A DNA stretch of 64,000 nt from contig CM074511.1 of the NCBI GenBank assembly GCA_037379345.1, positions 67,090,862-67,154,861 of the forward strand, in the 5' to 3' direction. The DNA is from Perna viridis. Lineage: Eukaryota. The number at the start of each line of letters is the position of its first letter. The stretch's first letter is position 1. Below the pieces are notes generated by a model. The model had not been told where the DNA came from, made no database searches, and saw nothing but the letters and a program-made list of their open reading frames with translations. Positions 12,901 through 23,914 of this stretch are shown in pieces. The position numbers were made by a program, and so were the translations under genes.

Positions 12901-15900
12901 CTCCTTTCTAGTAATGAAATGGATTTAGGAAATGTTATATATAACAACTGAAATATACAGATTGACATGTAAATGTTTAGATCATGTTAAAGAAATTACC
13001 AGTATTCTAAGGTATCAATATTGTACTGTTCGTTCAATAGAAGTTGGCTTAAAGGGCATTGAAGTTTCGGGGAAACTTAGATTTGTGCCTATAACAAGGT
13101 TCACAGGTACTTTCTCTCACTATCAAATATACAACTTAACAAGCAAAACCACACATTACCACAGTATTACAATTCTAATAGAGGTCCTTTACAGTCACAA
13201 TAATATTTACACACTTTTATACATATAAGATGTATTAAACAGCCAAAGTATAGTACACATGTATTTCCTATGTATATTAAAATTTGACAAGTCATGTTTA
13301 TATTTTGTAGGGCTATTTGGCAGAAGTATGTAAACGAGGATGTAGATTTTATACCATAATGGAGTTTATATACAACCATGAGAATCCTAATATGACAATG
13401 AAAGGATGTACTTCATGTGAGTAAAACAGATGTACTGTAAATTTAGAAACTACTGTGTGCATTGTTGAAAATGTGATTTTAATTTTGTGATTTAAAAATG
13501 TTCATATTTTCGAAATACTAAAAACATTGCAATTATTCATGAATTTACTAACAAATAGGCTGCTGGAACAGGGTTATATTGCTACAAGATTGAAGTCATC
13601 ACTACAGAAGTTTTATGGTCGTCATCATGAACTCATGGATCATTATGATGTATCCATTTGCGCCATGAAAACTGATTTATTCAATGGTCATAGTTTACCT
13701 TTCCTCGTTTGTCTACCCCAGACTTGACTTTTTATGAGCAACTGGGCAGGTGTTTCTAGAAAAGCAGAGGATGCTTACTCTACCAGTGCACATGATCCAT
13801 GCTCCCAGTCTTTAGTGGAGTCCGAGTTGCTCATTTGCTTTTGTTACTTTGTATGTATGGTTTTAGTTATTTTATATTCTTTGTTGTGTTTGTCTGTTCA
13901 ATGTCTGGTCTTTGTCCTTGGATTACATTCTTTTGATTACAGATATAACCTTGGTTCCATTGATTACTCTTTACAGTGTTTCAAATAATACACTCATGTA
14001 GATTGGTATTTAATGAAAAAGGTTAATTAGTGGAAGAGAAAAATATGAAAATGAGGTATTAATGTTGTTTATAGTAACAAATAGTATATGACAAACTATC
14101 TATTGGGCTGTAAAATCAATGGAGAGACTGGAGTCACATTGAATAAATGGTATGAATATGACCAAAACTATATATATGATAAACATGAACACATAGTTGT
14201 ACACTAATGACAAACTGTTAAACAGTGAGATCTACTATGCAGGTTTCTTACAGTATTTTTATGAGTAGTTTCTCATTAACAGTACCCAGGTAGATAAATA
14301 CTGTATATACACTAAATCAGTAGACATTACTTATTTAGAATATGATTGTAAATAGTCGCTTTGTAACAATCTATTTGTAGCATGTGAAGAGGCCTATAAT
14401 TCTACAGAGGAAGAAAATACTTGTATATTTGGTTGCAAAAATCAAGTATCTAGACTTCAGAAGTTTAAATTTGATGAGGTAGATATTTAAAAAGCTGAAA
14501 GATTCTATTGCAGTCATGAAATACATTGTATTTTTTAAGAAACATGCAGGCTTTACAAATTCTCTGTCGTATACACCATACCTTGAGAAATTGACTGAAG
14601 TTTTCGGTACATAAATTTGTTCACAAGAATGATGATCTTAACTTTAGTTTTCTAAGATTTTATAAAGGTATAGATTATTAAAATTTTGTAATCATAGAGA
14701 AATAACTACCAGTATGGATCAACCAGTGGTATAGATTGATAATTTAATTAGTTTTTGAAGTTTTGGTAAAGGTTTGTTAATTTTCTCAAAAAAAAATCTT
14801 TTGAACTCTTTATTGGAACAATTTAAAACTGGATATGCAATTATAGAACAATTAGTTGAGTGTGGGCTTTTTGGCTTGGTCAGCCACCAACTTCATGTTT
14901 GCCTGAATGGTTTTGTTGCTATTTTGTGTTTGGGCTTTTTAGCTTGGTCAGCCATCAACTTCATGTTTTCCTGAATGGTTTTGTTGCTATTTTGTGTTTG
15001 GGCTTTTTGGCTTGGTCAGCCATCAACTTCATGTGTGCCTGAATGGTTTTGTTGCTATTTTGTGTTTGGGTTTTTTGGCTTGGTCAGCCATCAACTTCAT
15101 GTTTGCCTGAATGGTTTTGTTGCCATTTTGTGTTTGGGCTTTTTGGCTTGGTCAGCCATCAACTCTATGTTTGCCTGAATGGTTTTATTGCTATTTAAGG
15201 GAAATATTGGGTAGTTCAAAGGTTGAATGTTCATTTGAAAGCTTTTAAATTGGTCTAAAGCTTCAGTATAATTATTTAAAACAATGGCCACATTAAAACC
15301 CAGTTATTTAAAACAATGGCCACTTTAAAACCCAGATTCATATCTATTTGAGTTTCATGAATCAGTTCATTGATGTCATATAGACACAATTCTTCTATAT
15401 AGTCAGCAGGGATAAAATTTAAAAAATATCAGAAAAAGCAAATTGTTGGTGTGAAAACTTCATTAACATGCTTACACACAGCCAAATACACACAAGTAGT
15501 ACTGTACACATACGCACAGCCAAATACATACAATATTGTACTGTACACATACACATAGCCAAATACATACATGTAGTACTGTAATTAGTATTGTTGTATT
15601 TTTTTTTTTAATAAAATCCTTATAAATGAACAGAACAGAATATATCTTTGTTGTCAATTTGATGCCCAATCATGAGCAGTACAAACATAACAAAGAAATA
15701 CGTTTAGTTGTACAATATCCAAAAAAGGATATTAATAAGTGATGGACTATAATCATCAAACACAATGACCCAAAGTGTTAAATAATATAACAATATTTGT
15801 TCTCATTCAGCAGGATCCCATGGATACAATGAACATCCATTTCATCAATCCTTTCATGTATGTCCACAATATGTACAGTAATATGATAGATAAAATGTGG

Positions 15901-17596
15901 AACCATTTGTCTGTACGTTGGTCATTTTACATGAGAACTGGAGATGGGTCAGTTGTTGTTGTCAAATCTGAACCAGAATTCACACCAGAGTTTGATTCAA
16001 TTGAAAATGATGATGGTATGTATGATTAGAGATGGACAAGGAATAAAATTTTCAATCTGTCCTCTACACAATTATTGAAGAACCTGGTAAATTTAAGGAA
16101 ATCTCGGTATAATATGATTTAGTCCTGATATATTGAAAAAAAAGAAAGGCTATGGTGAAACACAACACTAGTGAAATTACAGTAAATGACATAATTGTAC
16201 CTTCAGTTCATGAAATTTTGGCTCAATAGTAATTTCTTAAATTTCTTTTTATTAGTACATTGAGTTAACATTGAAATCGTTTCTTAATGTTATAGGAAAC
16301 AAGTTTTAAGTTTGACACATGGTTCACAAGATGATACAAATATTTGGTAATAACCATCTGTTAATCTCCATTCCATTTCACAAAAAGAGACAGGATTGTA
16401 AAATTAATTGTTAATAATGATACCACAGTGCTGTTCTGTTGTCATGATTAACAATTTACTTTACTCTTAGTCTCTAACAGATTAAACTTATCTCTGTTGA
16501 TCTGAATTATACTAATTTTTGCTAAATTTTACTAGATATCAAATTGACACCTGATATTTGCATACAATACACTATTGTAAAATGAATCTATTTTGTATCA
16601 AGCTGTTGACATTTTTTTTGTATGGATGGTAAAATGGTGTGTATGTACTTGATCTATTAGGGAATGATGATGGGGTTAAGTAAGTAAATAATTTCATTAT
16701 GTCAACCATGTTAAACATGGCACAGACTTACAATGTGATTTGGTATTGTGTCCAGTGTGATATTGAGGTGGTAAAAATAAAAATCAGGGTACAATAACTA
16801 AATTACATGGGTTTTAGTACTTCCACTCCTTATATAAAAAATAAGTTCAAAGTTATTTATTTTACTTTTGATTGGCTTCCTCAACACTGTAAATTATAGA
16901 CTACAACACAGCTCATTACTTAGAAACAAACTTAGAAGAGGTAGATAGATCAGCTACTCCAGTCATCAAACGATCACAGATAGAGCAAGGTACACAATTC
17001 AGTGTTAATGGTGATGCTAACTCCAATGACTGGTTGTCATGTGTTTCCAAGAAGACTGGACTCTCTCGGGTGTTCCTCAGTATGCTGCTTTTCATGTCAG
17101 CCATGATGATGATCTGGTTATGTCTGACTGCTATGGTAACTGCCCCTGAACAGCGTGTATTGGCTAGCAATCAGGTATCAGAAGTTATTATTCACTGTGT
17201 ATCACTTCTACCATTTGCAAACATTCAAAATACGTAATATGAAATAATTTTTCTTTACTTTATTTGTCATCAAAATAAATAGATTCCATGATGCCTCAGC
17301 TGATCTGTTGGTAGGAAAAGCCTGTCACAGAATTGGTTTTATTTCACAATTTAAAATACAGTGAATGTTGTCCAGCAGATAGTTTTCCAACAAAATAATA
17401 CTCAAAAAGTCAAAATTATTTTTACATAATTTTTGTCAGTGATGTTTAACTTTCTATCTTGCAGAGACTTAGCATTAAGGGAGATTTACAACATATCAAA
17501 GAAATGAAGGCATTAGGAATGGAAATCACGTATCCTCAGGTCATTTATGAAGAGGCTGGACCACTTCCAGTAAAGGTCAAAGTTCAAAAGCTGTGA
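6944..17596 (+). CDS. TMEM59: Transmembrane protein 59 (BSMAP family), about 321 aa, 6 coding exons
   Basis: Exons 6944-7093, 13311-13416, 14381-14478, 15811(or 15814)-16015, 16900-17174 and 17465-17596, all GT-AG with consistent phases (0,1,0,1,0). The product has a signal peptide, a Cys-rich luminal domain (FDRVLDDITSC..C..TY..HT; CKRGCRF; CEEAY..C.FGCKNQ), WSFY, one TM helix ending IWLC.TA..TAPEQ, and a tail LSI.GDL..EEAGPLP.KV, matching vertebrate TMEM59 from memory. Confidence 0.95.
8830..10900 (+). mobile_element. Heavily degraded non-LTR RT element (RTE-X/L2-like) in TMEM59 intron 1
   Basis: Remnant motifs NYR.., FVDFKKAFD, ILLYGCEIWGY and GRYPL with numerous stops. Interrupted by an unrelated insert of about 230 bp near 9755-9990. 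Clade assignment uncertain. Confidence 0.75.
13433..13978 (+). mobile_element. TACTGTAAA-type MITE remnant with a Penelope-like 3' fragment (13549-13969) inserted in its right TIR
   Basis: TACTGTAAATTTAGAAAC at the left end. The right TIR GAATTTAC..AGT is split by the PLE fragment (LEQGYIATRLKSSLQKFYGRHHEL). TTTAC flanks both sides of the fragment. Confidence 0.75.
14862..15195. repeat. 68-bp minisatellite, about 5 copies, TMEM59 intron 3
   Basis: GGTCAGCCA recurs at 14878, 14946, 15014, 15082 and 15150. Confidence 0.95.
15272..15582. repeat. Short tandem duplications (32-bp x2; about 38-bp x3)
   Basis: TTATTTAAAACAATGGCCAC.TTAAAACCCAG twice, and CACAGCCAAATACA.ACA..GTACTGTACACATA three times. 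Confidence 0.8.
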
Positions 17597-20500
17597 GGAC
17601 AAATTTCAAAATAGTGTTTTTACACCTAGGAGATGTTAGTGATGGTATTCAGTGATATTTTGTGGGATTATTTATCTACAAACTATAGTGGTGATGCATC
17701 GGCATTTGTAACATTTGTCAAACATTTTTAATATTCTAAATATTTTCCTTCAGATTAATTGTTTAAACATAGAGGTTCTGGTTCATGAAAACATTCGAAA
17801 AACTCTGGTCACCTTTTTTGTTGTTGTTATGGTTTCACTGTTCTTTTTTTAACTGAATCTATTTTTATTTATGTTTTGTGCTTCCTTCTGTTTTTTTTTT
17901 TGGGTCTAACATTAGGAGGTTTTTATTGTGTACTGTATTTGTTGGTGTGATTGATATAGTTTGTGGTACTTTGTTTCAAATCTTTTTTGTCTTTTTTTTT
18001 TTGGTGAATAATTTTGCTATTAGAACTTTGGAGTTAGTTGGTAAATCATTAAAAAAATGGTCTAAAATATTGAAATGTTTCTATTTTAAATTAATTTAAG
18101 ACTTGAAGTGGTAAAAAAAACTTCAACTGCTGGATAGTTGCCATATGATTATGATCTGAAGTCCACCAATATAAACTTCATGAGTGCTCTTATATTATAA
18201 ATAAGCAGTATTTTTATTCTATGTAATTAACTTGAATTAGTAAATCATTCCCTTCTGAGATGACTATATACAACTAAGCAAAGTTTACATCTGTATGATA
18301 ATTCATGATGGTCAAGAAAAAATATGGCCTTACATGAAGGTAGTTAAACAACAAAGTATAAAATGTCAAATCTTTTATGTCCATTTAGCGAATTTATTGA
18401 AAAGAAAATATTTGGATGTTTGTAATGTACACTGTACAATATGAAACTTTCTGTAATACATATACATTTTGGAAACTGAAAAAATGATCACATTTCAAAT
18501 ATTTTTTTTGGTTTGCAAAGAAAAGCTGAATAATAACTGGTTTTATTTAAATTTAGGTCTGAACTATCTGACCTTGGTGGAGACATTAGGACCACCTTAG
18601 TCTTGGGCTATACACAAATAATACCTAAAAAATTAGTATTCACTTACATCAAATCTCTACTGGTCCAAACTAATGGAATGCTTTAGTGAACTTTGCAGTT
18701 GTATATTGTCAAATGCTGGTAAGCAGTATTTGAATGTTGAATTCCATAGTAAGGAGTTATGTGATATTTTTTTAGTTTTTGATGTAATGTTATTACTTTT
18801 TGTTTCGTTAATAGTTTGTCTTACATTTTCATTTTTAAGTCATATTAATGTATAAGAAAGTGCTGCCTTAAAAGCCTTGTACAAAATAGCAAAATAATGT
18901 AATTAATTTAGATACATGTACTTAATAGTAAAGAGAAGTGGCGTATAATGAGTTGTGTGTGGTTTCCGTGTAACATATTTGATATTTTTAGTGACTATTA
19001 AAGAAATAGAAGAACTTTTACAATATTGACCAAAATTATATTTGGAAAGATATTTATCAGATTCAGATTTAAAAAAAAATGTGCTGATGATCATGAGATC
19101 ATGTTAATATAAAAAAGAAGCAGTGTTTTACTGGAAATTTGGTATAAAGACTTAACTGGTAATAGATTTTCGAAGATACTAAAAATAGTAAAAGTTTAAA
19201 GGATAATATATATGTATCACATTCTTAAAAGATAAGTGTTTCTAAAAAGATTCTTGTATAGGCTTTTGTCATGAAGTTGGCTGTTATTGTGAAGATGACT
19301 GATGAAGTTCCTTATGATGTGCCATTTGTACAGATTGTTTCTTACAGGTTTTTTCCATAGATCTGCCCCAGCCATCCTTTTGTAATAGGGCACCTTGTGA
19401 CACCATTTCGATTTTCACTAATAAACAGTAAAAATTTCTATTCATAATACATGTGATAATTTATTTTATAACATTTTAAAAACAACATGACTGTAGAGGG
19501 AGATTGTTTTGAAGTATTGAGAAACTCTCTGTACAACTTAGATGTGAATTTTCGTTTGCCTTTTATATTGTTGTAAGCAAGATAACTGTGTTTTAAGGCG
19601 TAAAAACACTCACAAGTTCTACCACGAGTGGTGAAAAACGGGATAGCTATATATAGTAACATGGTGAAAATTACATCAATATATGTACTACATAAAGAAG
19701 AGATCATCAATGTTAGTGTGTGAACATGATAATTGTGATTACAAATGTACATTGCAGGTTTAATCATGTTAATGATTATTCCTTAGTTTTCAGGTAGAAC
19801 TGCTGTTAACTCCTACAATGGTTTACTTAAGAAAATTAGTGAGGAAATTATAAGTTAGTCAATAATTGGTTACATTTCTGGTTTTGAAATAGTATAATTG
19901 TTTGCAATACACACTTATATCTTTCATCCTTAGGGAAATTTATATTGAAAAACATTGTTATTATAGACCTGTAATGTACATTGTTAATCTGCAGAATAAA
20001 TGTGTTATGAATGATGGTATGCTTAAGTGTAATAGTGTTAATTAATAATGATTTTGTAATATGTAAACCTGATCTGTAAATATATCATAAACTACCACTT
20101 CTTCCAAGGATTTGGCATCATGAATATTTCAGGAGAATGAAATCTCATATTTCAGCTAAGTGTCAGTCTCTGTAAGAATCAGGCAGTGTGTGAAACATGG
20201 TATGAAGAACAACACCATTTTCATTGTTTTATTTATCTATTTGCAACATCAAAATCAAGGAAAAAGACAAGATTTTTCATACTGCTTTGTTAAATTGAGT
20301 TATAATTGAAATGCAATCATAATGAACATTACAAGGGAAGATAAATCTGTCAAACATCTCATTTTTCTATCATTTTATTGAAAAATTTCTAAGTAAAGCT
20401 AGTAATGCAGTGACCAAATAATGGTCTTTTCAAATTGAGACAGAATCCATAAGTGAAATTGTATTGTCAGATTGGTGGGGTTTTGACATGCATGTTTCTG

Positions 20501-22077
20501 CTTTTTCCCCTTTTTGCCCAATTCTTACAAATACTTTCACTTAAGATGTAGTACAAATTATAAATCAATTTTTTGATAACTTAGAAAATTTGTATTTCAA
20601 ATTGAAGATATACATCTGTTATAAAAAAAATGATAACATGTACCTGTAACTTTCAAGAAAAGTTATTACACAGTACAGATGTCTTAAAAAGTCAAAATTA
20701 TTATGTAAAACCATTCAAATCATTTGTTTATTTTGAATCTTTTCACACTGTATAAAAATGAATTGACAAGTAACTTATCAGTGTCAACGCAATCTTACAA
20801 AATGCATGTACATGTATAGTTGGGTATTCAATAAAAATTGAATGTAAGAATGTTTTCAATGTCTGTCTGTCAACCATATATGTGATTGCAGTATCTCATC
20901 AACTGAGCATGTGGTGATTAGTAATCTCACAATTTTTCAAAAATTTAATCATTGATCCTCAAGCGGTTGTGTCCACAAAGTGTTTAACTCCATAAAAGTC
21001 ACTTAATTTATAAAATCAAGTGCAGTGCATGAGGATGAAGAAAATTATGTTACTTACAATCTGACAAATTTGAACAAAATCTAGTCAGCAGTCCAAAAGG
21101 AGTTGTATCTACATTAAATTGTTAAAGACAGTGACCTCAAGTAATGTTGTGGCCATGGAAAAATGTAGTTTCACTATCCTATTGAAGGAAGGAAATACAA
21201 AATACCAATGCTGTACAGCTCAATAGAAAAAAAAAAGTACATAATTATTTTATCTCTTATTTCTCATTATCAACTTTATATTGAAGGGGATGGTAACCAG
21301 AATTACTAACTCAACAGAGTTATTTTGTATATTTTCATCCAGGTGTCATCCAAAATAAGCAACAGCAATTTTGTGCCTTTACTTTTTACTGTACTCAGAT
21401 ATTGTAAGAGTTAGAAAGCTAGTGTAAATGCAAGACCAGTTCATAAAATGATAAATAAGTAACTTCAATAAAGCAAAAATGTGATTACAATATTTTGAAG
21501 TGGAGTTTCACATTCCTTTTTGAGTTAATCATCCAGCACCATACTATACAGGTTGTTATTCATTGGGACTTATTCTTACTTCCGTAGTTTAATCAACTTA
21601 CTAAATGATTATCAGCATGTATTGCCCAATAAAATATCATTACATTGGTGCTGAGTAGTGCACGCCATATAATGTACTCTTTTTATACACGTTTTAGTGG
21701 CTGTACTGTTGTCCGTGTCGTCATCTGTAGACACTTGGTTTTTGTGCGAGGACTTGAATAGTATTCGGTGGATCTTGATTATATTTTATATACAAGGCTT
21801 CAAAATACAACAAAAGGAACACTGGTATTGCTTTTGGAGGTTATGGTTCCAACAACGAAGGAATTAGGTGCCAAAACATGGGATTTCTTCAGATTTAACT
21901 CAAGTATAAATGTTCCCACTAAGATGTTGTACCTCAAGTTCAAACATGTTTATTTTGGAGGTAGAAGCTGAAAAAGGAAAAACAAACAAGCATTTTCTGG
22001 ATCTCTGAAATTATACCACAAGGTTCTAATACCTCAAAAGGAAGATTTTAATTGATTTTTTCTGATTGATTGATTCT

Positions 22078-23475
22078 GGTCAAAGGCCTTGTGAGCTATT
22101 GCCATTACTTGGCTTCTGGTGTTGTCGTTGTTCTTACCAATTTTCAAAACTCATCTCCTCAAACACTAATTGACTAATTGGAACCAAATTTGGTACAAAT
22201 ATTCCTTGGGGTATCTTACATGGAACTAAGGTAGGGATTTTTGATCAGTCGAAAAATATGGCTGTAGTTACTAAAAGTAACATAAGGATCAGACAGTACT
22301 TTTTCGCATATATCTCTAAAACCGCAAGGTTTAGCCAAATTCTGACATGGTTAGTAGTATTCAGCATGATGAGATCAATCTGTGGTCAAAGCTTTGTTTT
22401 TAATCTGATAAGCCATATTGGAATTATTGCTCTTTTTCAACGATTTTTGCTATTTTTAATGTCATTTCTTTCAAAAATCTTCTCCTCTGACACTACTTGA
22501 CCACTTGGAACCAAACTTAGTTTTAATATTCCTTGGGGTATTCTGCTTAGAACTGATTTGGGGATTTTTGATCCTTCAAAAAACATGGCCCCATTACTAA
22601 AAGTAGAACATAGGGGTCAGACAGTATTTTTTCGCATATATTTCTTAAACTGTTAGGTTAAGCCAAATTCTGACAGTGAGTAAAAGTGTTCAGCATGATG
22701 AGATATATCTGAGGTCAAATTCAATGTTTTTTGTTTTTTTTGCTATTTTTAATGTTATTTGTTTCAAAAATCTTCACCCAGACACTACTTGACCACTTGG
22801 AACCAAGCTTGGTATGAATGTTCCTTGGGGTATCCTGCATAGAACTGATGTGGGGATTTTTGATCCTCCAAAAACATGGCAACCATTACTAAAAATAGAA
22901 CACAGGGGTCAGACAGTAGTTTTTTGAATATATCTCCAAAACCCTTAGGTTTAGCCAAATTCAGACAACTAAAAGTGTTAAGTATGATGAGATATAACTT
23001 TGGTCAAATTTTTGTTTTAATCTGTTCAGCCATGTTGCTGAATGATTGCCCTTTTTTGACATTTTATCCCTATTTTCAATGTTATTTCTGTAAAAAAATC
23101 TTCTCTGAAACTACCAAATCAATAAGAACCAAACTTTTCTCATATATGTCCAAAACTGTTAGATTTAGGCAAATTTTTTGAATTGCAGAAATGATTCTTA
23201 TTATAAGGCCTACAAAAGCCAGATGTTGTCAGAGGACTCCCAGTAAGAGTTTTTGTCCTTAAAAGGTGAAAAATTAGGTTCTTTTACAGTTTTCAGCCAA
23301 TATCTTGAAAACTATAATAAATAGAAACATTCAATAGCTGAAATGATCCTCATGATAAGGCCTACCATAGTCTGTGGGGATCAAAGTTGACAGACAACTC
23401 CTTGTTAAAGTTATTGCCCTTGAAAGGCAAAAATTTAACCAGGCGAGTGATTCAAGCTCCTGGGAGCCTCTTGTT
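22078..23475 (+). mobile_element. Non-autonomous Helentron/HINE (pearl-like) element with internal tandem modules
   Basis: 5' GGCC..GTGAGCTATTGCCAT.ACTTGGC followed by a GTC/GTT microsatellite. Internal modules of about 300 bp are repeated (GGAACCAAACTT..ATTCCTTGGGGTAT..GGGTCAGACAGTA). 3' palindrome AAGCTCCTGGGAGCCTCTTGTT. Confidence 0.8.
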
Positions 23476-23888
23476 GGGGTTATAACTGTTTAGGAATGTA
23501 CTTTTCAAAACTGTAATATACAACTGAGATAAAAATGTGTATGGGTCTCTCTGACATTGTATCACAAAGTTCCATGTCACCTAAGTCAGGCACGGATTGA
23601 ATTTGAGGATGAGTGATGATGTCCATAAACATAAAGGAATTCATGGCAAAAAAACGTTTTCCTGGTTTCCAGACACCTGATCCTACCCACCTCTCCCTAT
23701 TTTCAGTGACAAACAGAATTTGTCAATCATGGACCTCATGTTGTCATATCAAGCTGCACCCTACAAAACATTTAATATTAAAATATACAAGAAAGCACCC
23801 AAACTCCCATCAAGAGGGATGGTAGGCAATAATAGCAAAGAAAGTTATTTCTTGATAACAGATAGTACCTGATGTACAAAGCATATAA

Positions 23889-23894
23889 TTTATT
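23889..23894 (-). terminator. Candidate DIS3L polyadenylation signal AATAAA
   Basis: TTTATT on the + strand, about 20 nt past the stop codon. Usage not verifiable. Confidence 0.4.
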
Positions 23895-23914
23895 TTCATT
23901 ATCATTTGTTGTCA

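Noticed and set aside
13734-13988. Recurrent hydrophobic ORF (..VESELLICFCYFVCM..) in several places as a small membrane protein family
   Set aside because: It is the T-rich 3' UTR of the Penelope-like repeat. Frames and starts are not conserved between copies.
14862-15195. CRISPR-like regular repeats (also 58503-58903)
   Set aside because: Head-to-tail units with no unique spacers and no cas genes, in a eukaryotic context.
14774-15291. Several hydrophobic 60-67 aa ORFs
   Set aside because: Translations of the 68-bp minisatellite in rotating frames.
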